From assembly GCA_040398005.1 (NCBI GenBank), contig JBBAUX010000009.1, positions 1 through 13,314 on the forward strand: 13,314 nucleotides of DNA, written 5' to 3'. A model generated the notes under the pieces. The model searched no databases, was not told where the DNA came from, and worked only from the letters and a program-made list of their open reading frames with translations. Shown here one piece after another: positions 1 to 6,111 of this stretch (its first letter is position 1; every line of letters begins with the position of its first letter). Both the position numbers and the translations under genes were made by a program. This DNA is from Opitutales bacterium. Its GTDB lineage: Bacteria > Verrucomicrobiota > Verrucomicrobiia > Opitutales > UBA953.

Positions 1-9
1 CGTGTCCCC

Positions 10-285
10 TGAACTAAAATCAATTTGCCCGATCAGCGAAGCGGTCGAAGCGATTTGAAAGGATCAGGAATGTCGGTGCCCAGAGGCCCACGAAAATTCC
101 AAAACGTTCGGCATGTGCTAAGCTTTCTGGTGTAGTTCCACCGGTATAAAACCAAATAGCAATTGAGCCTAAGATAGAGGCGAATCCGAGGTAGAAACAA
201 ATGGCACTGAGTAACTTGAATTGTTTGGAGTTCATTCATAAATTCTCTTCAATAAATAGGCCTTTGCGAGATAAATTTTAGTTCA
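10..285. repeat. 11-bp perfect inverted repeat TGAACTAAAAT (10-20) / ATTTTAGTTCA (275-285) flanking the small gene
   Basis: Read directly from the sequence; the match does not extend on either side. Confidence 0.6.
20..235 (-). CDS. Small hypothetical membrane protein (71 aa, two hydrophobic segments)
   Basis: ATG-started ORF with two hydrophobic stretches (LLSAICFYLGFASILGSIAIWFY and FGIFVGLWAPTFLIL). The AERFGIFVGLWAPT segment looks like a conserved small membrane-protein motif. More protein-like than the overlapping 33..239 ORF. Confidence 0.75.
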   Translation of the reverse strand: MNSKQFKLLSAICFYLGFASILGSIAIWFYTGGTTPESLAHAERFGIFVGLWAPTFLILSNRFDRFADRAN

Positions 286-335
286 AATCCGACCCTACCC
301 ACCCACTTTAAGTACACTGAGTTTGATATTCAGGA

Positions 336-403
336 CCCCTTGTCACCGTGTCCCCTTGCCCACTTGTCCCCTCGCGAGTTTCACTCGCGTCCTTGTCCCC
401 CCT
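336..403. repeat. Cluster of TGTCCCC / CCCCTTG short repeats with an embedded hairpin (REP-like)
   Basis: CGTGTCCCCT at 347-356 is identical to 1-10. Further copies: CCCCTTGTCAC 336-346, CTTGTCCCCT 363-372, CCTTGTCCCCCCT 391-403. Hairpin CGCGAGT-TTC-ACTCGCG at 373-389. Confidence 0.6.
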
Positions 404-485
404 AAATGGAATCAATTCAGGAACTATCCCTATTTTAGAGTGTTGTATCCATTGAATATTTAACTACATACCTCGCACCCTTCTT

Positions 486-1922
486 ATGAAATCACTCCGT
501 ACTCTTTGTGGTCTTGGCTTAATGCTTATTGGGTCAGCCCTCCAAGCCGCCACCCCCGCTAAACCAAACATCGTCTTCATTCTAGCCGATGACTTGGGCT
601 TTGCTGAACTGAGCTGTAACGGTGGTGAAGCTTACAAGACTCCCCATATCGACGCGTTGGCCAAGGGCGGCGTTCGCTTTAGCAACTTCTATACCGTTCC
701 CCTCTGCGGCCCATCACGTGCGCTTATTTTGACCGGACGTTACGGATTCCGCACTCGCGCAGTCGACCAAGATGGATCTGGCACCATGGTGCGTGAAGGC
801 GAAGGAGCTGAGGTCATGACTCCTACCGTTTTAAAGAAGGCCGGCTACACCACCGCCATGATTGGCAAGTGGGGACAAATTCTCCCTTGCGGCGATGCCA
901 CTCAGTGGGGCTTCGACCACGTGATGAGCGCCAAAGCCAGTGGTATCTTTTGGAATGCAGAAAAATGTGCGGAGTTAATCAAGACCTCCAAACTTGAAGG
1001 TGAAAAAGGAGCTGAAGGCGGCGTGCGTGCTAAACCAGGTCCCTACAATATCAACGAGAAGAATCTCAAGTTAGCTAATAACGAATACCTGCCTGATCTC
1101 ATGGAGAAGAATGCTTTCGAGTTTATCGATGCAAACAAAGACAAACCTTTCTTCCTCTATTACTCATTGCAGCATGTTCATGCACAAATCCTCCCGACGC
1201 CTGACAGCAAGCCACTCCCTGAGGATGCTGATGCCGCCAAGCGCCTCGCCATTACCTATAATGACAATATGCAGTACATGGATAAACTCGTCGGCAATTT
1301 AGTAGCTAAACTCGAAAAACTTAAACTCCGCGAAAATACGATTATCGTATTCATGGGCGACAACGGAACTGCGAAGGCACAACATCCACGCGCAACCATC
1401 AACGGAAAGCCTGTGCTAGGCTCCAAGGGTAGCATGCAAGAAGGCGGTGCCCTCGTTCCTTTCATCTTCAACTGGCCTGGTGTTACCCCAGCAGATAAAT
1501 TAAATACGAACGTCGCTGATTCCAGTGACATTCTCCCTACCCTTTGCGAAATCACCGGCGCTCCTCTACCCGAGAAGCGTGTGTTAGATGGTAAGAGTCT
1601 CGTCTCACAAATCAAAGGCGACACCACTCCTCACCGTGCATCCGTCTTCATCGAACTCGGCAACGCTTGGTACGCCCGTGAAACAGGTTGGAAGCTCAAT
1701 GAAAAAGGTGAGCTCTTCGACATGAAAGAAGCTCCCTTTAATGAAACCCTCGTTCCCGCGGACTCCAAAGATCCCGTGGCCGTTGCTGCACGCGAACGCC
1801 TTTCTAAGGTCCTCAGCGAACTCAACCCTGCGGGCGGATTCACCTCCGCCGGAAGCGGTCGTGGTGGCGATAAAGAAGCCAAGAAAGCCAAGAAGGCCGA
1901 TAAAACTACCAAAGTTAAATAA
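486..1922 (+). CDS. Secreted formylglycine-dependent (family S1, Cys-type) sulfatase / arylsulfatase A-like
   Basis: Signal peptide (MKSLRTLCGLGLMLIGSALQA), PNIVFILADDLG metal-binding motif, PLCGPSRALILTG (CxPxR) signature, GYTTAMIGKW, FMGDNG and KGSMQEGG motifs. Confidence 0.93.
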   Translation: MKSLRTLCGLGLMLIGSALQAATPAKPNIVFILADDLGFAELSCNGGEAYKTPHIDALAKGGVRFSNFYTVPLCGPSRALILTGRYGFRTRAVDQDGSGTMVREGEGAEVMTPTVLKKAGYTTAMIGKWGQILPCGDATQWGFDHVMSAKASGIFWNAEKCAELIKTSKLEGEKGAEGGVRAKPGPYNINEKNLKLANNEYLPDLMEKNAFEFIDANKDKPFFLYYSLQHVHAQILPTPDSKPLPEDADAAKRLAITYNDNMQYMDKLVGNLVAKLEKLKLRENTIIVFMGDNGTAKAQHPRATINGKPVLGSKGSMQEGGALVPFIFNWPGVTPADKLNTNVADSSDILPTLCEITGAPLPEKRVLDGKSLVSQIKGDTTPHRASVFIELGNAWYARETGWKLNEKGELFDMKEAPFNETLVPADSKDPVAVAARERLSKVLSELNPAGGFTSAGSGRGGDKEAKKAKKADKTTKVK

Positions 1923-1939
1923 GATTTTTCTTAGATAAC

Positions 1940-1978
1940 AAAAAGCCCTCAAGAGATTTTATTCTGAGGGCTTTTTTT
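1940..1978. terminator. Bidirectional rho-independent terminator between the sulfatase and protease paralog 1
   Basis: AAAAA-GCCCTCA-13 nt loop-TGAGGGC-TTTTTTT between convergent stops at 1922 and 1998. Confidence 0.9.
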
Positions 1979-1997
1979 ATTTTACCTAAATAATAAC

Positions 1998-3947
1998 TTA
2001 TCGGGTCTGTGTTGTACTGGTGAGAGTATTTTTCGTCGCATCGTAGACATAGCCAGTGCAACAAAGGTTTGTGACCGTAAAGGTAATTGCTCCACTCAAT
2101 CTGGATAATATTCTGTTGGTATCAATCCTCACGAAACCTGAACGATCGGTCGTCGCCGTGGCCGTTCCTGAAACTAGGCCCTTAACTGTGATGTCCACCC
2201 TGGCCCTAGGAACCCCATTACCACTTTGATCAACTACTCTGATGATACAACGTGCACTGCTCATCCACCTTGTGGGCGCCCAGGATATATCCATGGATGA
2301 CACCTTTAGATAACTGGGAGGCGCAGGCTCTGAAGCTATAATACTAATTATACTGACTGATTGAGCACCGGAGTTATCCGTGACGGTGAGTGAGGCATTA
2401 TAATTACCCGCCACAGAGTTCGTGTGTGAGACATTACGAAGTATTGAAGAGGACCCGTCGCCGAAATTCCAAAGATAGGATACGATAACGCCGTCCGGAT
2501 CATAGGAGTTGGACCCAACATATTCAACGGTCAGTGGCACAGTTCCCGAGGTGGGCTTAGTTCCAGTTATCAAAACTACAGGAGGCACATTGGGAATCGG
2601 CGCGGGTGGCCATGAACCCGACAAACTAAAGCGTCCGACGGAACCATAATCGGTGTATGCGGTCAGCGCATCGCCCGTACCCACCCCATCAGCCACGATG
2701 AAGTAATTTCCTCCTGAAACAGGCACGCTTAAGTTTGAGTTCGTTCCCGATGGGGTTCCAACAGCCAATACTTTTCCTGATTCATCGACGAGTGATAACA
2801 ATAGTTTGAGATTTGCCGAAGGCGAAGCAGTCAGGCCGTTAATCGTAACGATACCCTGACCCGCAGAAATTTTGAACCAATCAACGTCGGAGCGATCGTG
2901 AATCACCCCACCCGCTTTTAAAGTATTACCTGTAATCACTACAGCCTTCGCCGCAGTGCCCATATGTTCGTCGGGCAATCGCGGAATCCACTGCGTAATT
3001 AGGTACATCTGGTCCTGATTGTTATTAGAAAGAGGATAATCGCCCATCGTCCACTGGACGGTGTCACAGTCATAACCTAATCCCATAATCGGGGCCCAAC
3101 CGGCGTGACCAGAATAATACTCGTTACCGTTGGTTTGGCCCGAGTGGTAAAGTCCTAGAGTGTGCCCGATCTCATGGGAGACTGCTTCGGAAATATATTT
3201 AGGATGATTACTGAGCTTCAGGGGAAACACGAAGGCGGGGATGTCGTTGGGTGTGGTTGTCGTCGCGCAGGTACGGGTGAATGTTCCTATGTAGGCGGCA
3301 CCACCGGCGGAACGGCCGAACCATTGAGTGCTTGAACCACCAATCACACAGCGAACGCCATAGCGAGTATCACCGAACGATGAACGACGGATCGCCTCCA
3401 TACCGGGATCCTCAGTCGTCACATCAATATCCCAAGGGGCATAATCTTCGGCTACTCGCTTCCAGACTTCTTGGATTATCGCCTGTTCCGATGTCGAAAA
3501 AGTGGTGGGGCTACCATCCGTATCAAATGCCGGTGACGTAAAATCAGCACCCGCTGCGAAGGTGGAGTTCCATGACGTACCCGTGGTGACGTGACCGTTG
3601 AAATCGAGATAAATCACTTTCGCAGCGCCGGGTCGGGAGTGTAATAAAAAGGTCTGGGTGAGGGGGAAGAGAGCCGTTGCAGTGTAAGGTGTGGTATCAG
3701 GCCCCACTTGGGTCGGGAGCGCTTGGCAGACATAGAGTGGCCTGCCGTTACGATCCAAACGCATATCCTTATCGGAACGTGCTGCTTTTTTAAATGATTC
3801 AAGTTCCACATTGGCTTCTTTGGCCGCGTATTCATTTTGGGCGGCGGATGATTCCCGCGCCGAGTAGCTTTTATCATCCGGTCCCGCAAACATTGAAACC
3901 GTTAAGAAAAAAACCACTACAACCACACTCAACGTTAGGTTTTTCAT
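1998..3947 (-). CDS. Secreted metzincin-type zinc metalloprotease with PPC-like, PKD and C-terminal Ig-like domains (paralog 1)
   Basis: HEIGHTLGLYH at 3144-3176, Met-turn candidate WAPIMG, DVDWFKI (PPC-like), SYDPDG..YLWNFGDG..LTVTDNSG (PKD). ATG at 3947 preferred over GTG at 3968 because it gives a typical signal peptide MKNLTLSVVVVVFFLTVSMFA. Confidence 0.88.
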   Translation of the reverse strand: MKNLTLSVVVVVFFLTVSMFAGPDDKSYSARESSAAQNEYAAKEANVELESFKKAARSDKDMRLDRNGRPLYVCQALPTQVGPDTTPYTATALFPLTQTFLLHSRPGAAKVIYLDFNGHVTTGTSWNSTFAAGADFTSPAFDTDGSPTTFSTSEQAIIQEVWKRVAEDYAPWDIDVTTEDPGMEAIRRSSFGDTRYGVRCVIGGSSTQWFGRSAGGAAYIGTFTRTCATTTTPNDIPAFVFPLKLSNHPKYISEAVSHEIGHTLGLYHSGQTNGNEYYSGHAGWAPIMGLGYDCDTVQWTMGDYPLSNNNQDQMYLITQWIPRLPDEHMGTAAKAVVITGNTLKAGGVIHDRSDVDWFKISAGQGIVTINGLTASPSANLKLLLSLVDESGKVLAVGTPSGTNSNLSVPVSGGNYFIVADGVGTGDALTAYTDYGSVGRFSLSGSWPPAPIPNVPPVVLITGTKPTSGTVPLTVEYVGSNSYDPDGVIVSYLWNFGDGSSSILRNVSHTNSVAGNYNASLTVTDNSGAQSVSIISIIASEPAPPSYLKVSSMDISWAPTRWMSSARCIIRVVDQSGNGVPRARVDITVKGLVSGTATATTDRSGFVRIDTNRILSRLSGAITFTVTNLCCTGYVYDATKNTLTSTTQTR

Positions 3948-3953
3948 AATATA

Positions 3954-3981
3954 ATTATACATTACCACTCACCGCAGTCCA
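3954..3981 (-). promoter_or_regulatory. Putative sigma70 promoter of paralog 1 (leaderless geometry)
   Basis: Minus strand TGGACT-16 nt-TATAAT (3959..3954), then 6 nt (TATATT), then the ATG at 3947. Confidence 0.55.
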
Positions 3982-4005
3982 CAAGCATGCGAAGTATATA
4001 AAGGC

Positions 4006-4041
4006 AAAAAAAGCCCCTAAATCGGAAATTGAGGGGCTTTT
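4006..4041 (-). terminator. Rho-independent terminator of protease paralog 2
   Basis: Minus strand AAAAGCCCCT-13 nt-AGGGGC-TTTTTTT, starting about 18 nt after the stop at 4060. Confidence 0.88.
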
Positions 4042-4059
4042 AGGTTTATTTAAGAAAAC

Positions 4060-6018
4060 TTATCGAGTCAGTGTGACACTCGACTTCGTATTCTTAGTAG
4101 CGTCGTAATTATAACCATTCAGTGTAATTCCAGTAACCGTAAAGGTCGTGGAGCCTTTAACTGATGAGGACAACCTAGAAGAATTAATGGTCACAGTTCC
4201 ATTGCTACCGGTTGTCGCGGTAGCGTCTCCCGATACAAATCCAGTTGCGGTGAGAGCTACATTGGCTCTTGAAACAGCCTTACCAGTTTGGTCGACGACT
4301 TTAAGCGTACAGGATACATAGCCAGTCGTTGAAGAAGATTTCACCCAAGAGATTACCATGGAGGAAACATTAACCGTCTTGGTGGAGGTTACTGGCACGG
4401 CAGAAACAACAATGGTAACGGTACCGACAGATTGCGCGCCCGAGTTGTCGGTGACAGTTAATGAGGCATTATAAGTTCCAGCAGTAGAATAAGTATGCGT
4501 AACATTACTGAGGGTCGAAGAAGTACCATCGCCAAAGTTCCAAACATAAGAAGCAATCGCACCATCAGGGTCGTATGAACTTGAACCTACAAATGAGACA
4601 GTGAGCGGAGCAGTGCCAGAGGTTGGAGTTGTTCCAGTGGTCAGCGCGACCGGAGCGACGTTAGTTACCGTGGCAGCTGTCCACGATCCTGATAAACTAA
4701 AACGACCGATTGAAGAATAATCTGTGTATCCAGTGAGCGCATCTCCGGTACCCACCCCATCAGCCACGATGTAATAATTTCCGCCTAAAACGGGCACACT
4801 GAGATTAGAGTTCATACCCGAGGAAGTTCCGGTAGCCAAAACATTACCTGCTTCATCAACCAAGGATAAAGATAACTTAAGATTGGCCGAAGGTGACGCC
4901 GCGAGGCCGCTAACATTCACGGTGCCCTGTCCTGCTGTAATTTTAAACCAATCTGCGTCCGATCGATAGCTAATAACTCCACCAGCCACAAGTGTCTCAC
5001 CAGCAACAGCGGAAGCAGTCGTAGCGGCATTGCCATGCTCATCTGTTAAACGCGGGACACGTTGAGTGATGAGAGAGATTTGGTCCTGGGTATTATTAGC
5101 GAGCGGATAATCGCCCTTGGTCCACTGAACAACGTTACTGTAATACCCTACGCCCATAATCGGCGCCCAATCGGCGTGGCCTGCATAATACTCGTTACCG
5201 TTGGTCTGACTTGAGTGATAGAGTCCCAATGTATGGCCAACCTCGTGGGAGGCTGCCTCAGAAATGTACTTAGCGTTATTACTGAGCTCAGTCGGGAAAA
5301 TAAATGCGGGTACATCATTGGTCGTGCTGGTCGTTGAGATAGACTGACCAAAAGAGCCGATGTAAGCCACGCCACCGGCGGCAGCGCCTAGCCACTGAGT
5401 ACTCGAACCGCCAATGACACAGCGAACGCCATATTGGATGTCACTGACAGCGGTACGACGAATGGATTCTAGACCTGGATCTTCGGTGGTAACGTCGACA
5501 TCCCACGCCGCATAATCCTCTGAAACTCGTTTCCAGACTTCTTGAATCACCGCCTGCTCGGATGCTGAAAAAGTGGTGGGGCTTCCATCGGTATCAAATG
5601 CCGGAGTCGTAATGTCGGCGCCCGCTGCATAGGTAGAGTTCCAGGACGTACCCGTGGTGACGTTACCGGTGAAATCGAGATAAATCACTTTCGCGGCGCC
5701 AGGACGTGAGTGTAATAAGAAGGTTTGGGTGAGTGGGTAAAGTGCGGTCGAGGTATAGGGTGTGGTATCAGGTCCGACTTGAGTGGGCAAAGCCTCGCAG
5801 ACATAAAGAGCACGACCTTCGCGATCGAGTCGCATATGTTTGTCGGTACGTGCAGCCTTTTTAAATGGTTCAACTTCCACTTGGGCTTGTTCAGCAGCGT
5901 GTTGATTTTCTTTGTCCGATGACTCACGCGCCGAGCGGCTTCGATTCTCGGGACGAGCAAACGCCGATACAGTTAATAAAAAACCCAAGAACAGCCAGGC
6001 CCAAGACGTTTTCTTCAT
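4060..6018 (-). CDS. Secreted metzincin-type zinc metalloprotease with PPC-like, PKD and C-terminal Ig-like domains (paralog 2)
   Basis: Signal peptide MKKTSWAWLFLGFLLTVSAFA, HEVGHTLGLYH at 5215-5247, WAPIMG, DADWFKI, PKD motif YVWNFGDG..HTYSTAGTY. Colinear with paralog 1. Confidence 0.9.
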   Translation of the reverse strand: MKKTSWAWLFLGFLLTVSAFARPENRSRSARESSDKENQHAAEQAQVEVEPFKKAARTDKHMRLDREGRALYVCEALPTQVGPDTTPYTSTALYPLTQTFLLHSRPGAAKVIYLDFTGNVTTGTSWNSTYAAGADITTPAFDTDGSPTTFSASEQAVIQEVWKRVSEDYAAWDVDVTTEDPGLESIRRTAVSDIQYGVRCVIGGSSTQWLGAAAGGVAYIGSFGQSISTTSTTNDVPAFIFPTELSNNAKYISEAASHEVGHTLGLYHSSQTNGNEYYAGHADWAPIMGVGYYSNVVQWTKGDYPLANNTQDQISLITQRVPRLTDEHGNAATTASAVAGETLVAGGVISYRSDADWFKITAGQGTVNVSGLAASPSANLKLSLSLVDEAGNVLATGTSSGMNSNLSVPVLGGNYYIVADGVGTGDALTGYTDYSSIGRFSLSGSWTAATVTNVAPVALTTGTTPTSGTAPLTVSFVGSSSYDPDGAIASYVWNFGDGTSSTLSNVTHTYSTAGTYNASLTVTDNSGAQSVGTVTIVVSAVPVTSTKTVNVSSMVISWVKSSSTTGYVSCTLKVVDQTGKAVSRANVALTATGFVSGDATATTGSNGTVTINSSRLSSSVKGSTTFTVTGITLNGYNYDATKNTKSSVTLTR

Positions 6019-6058
6019 CGGTGAATTGTCCGACTATTTATGATAAGGTCCAAACAAT

Positions 6059-6094
6059 AAAAAAGCCCCTAAACCTTACGATGTAGGGGCTTTT
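6059..6094 (-). terminator. Rho-independent terminator of protease paralog 3
   Basis: Minus strand AAAAGCCCCTA-12 nt-TAGGGGC-TTTTTT, starting about 17 nt after the stop at 6112. Confidence 0.88.
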
Positions 6095-6111
6095 ATAATT
6101 ATTTAAAAAAC

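Noticed and set aside
33..239. 68-aa alternative-frame ORF over the small gene
   Set aside because: No recognisable features; the 20..235 frame has a coherent membrane topology.
331..403. CRISPR array
   Set aside because: Repeats are only 7-11 bp with irregular short spacing, and no cas genes are present.
1111..1952. Short ORFs overlapping the sulfatase (and likewise those overlapping trmO, the permease and dnaG)
   Set aside because: Frame or antisense shadows of well-supported genes, with no motifs of their own.
3948..3968. GTG start at 3968 for protease paralog 1
   Set aside because: It adds MVMYNYI before a typical signal peptide and overlaps the likely -10 box; ATG 3947 corresponds to the paralog 2 start.
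1998..6018. Diversity-generating retroelement template/variable repeat between paralogs 1 and 2
   Set aside because: Similarity spans whole genes, the differences inspected are largely at third codon positions and not adenine-specific, and there is no reverse transcriptase in the window.
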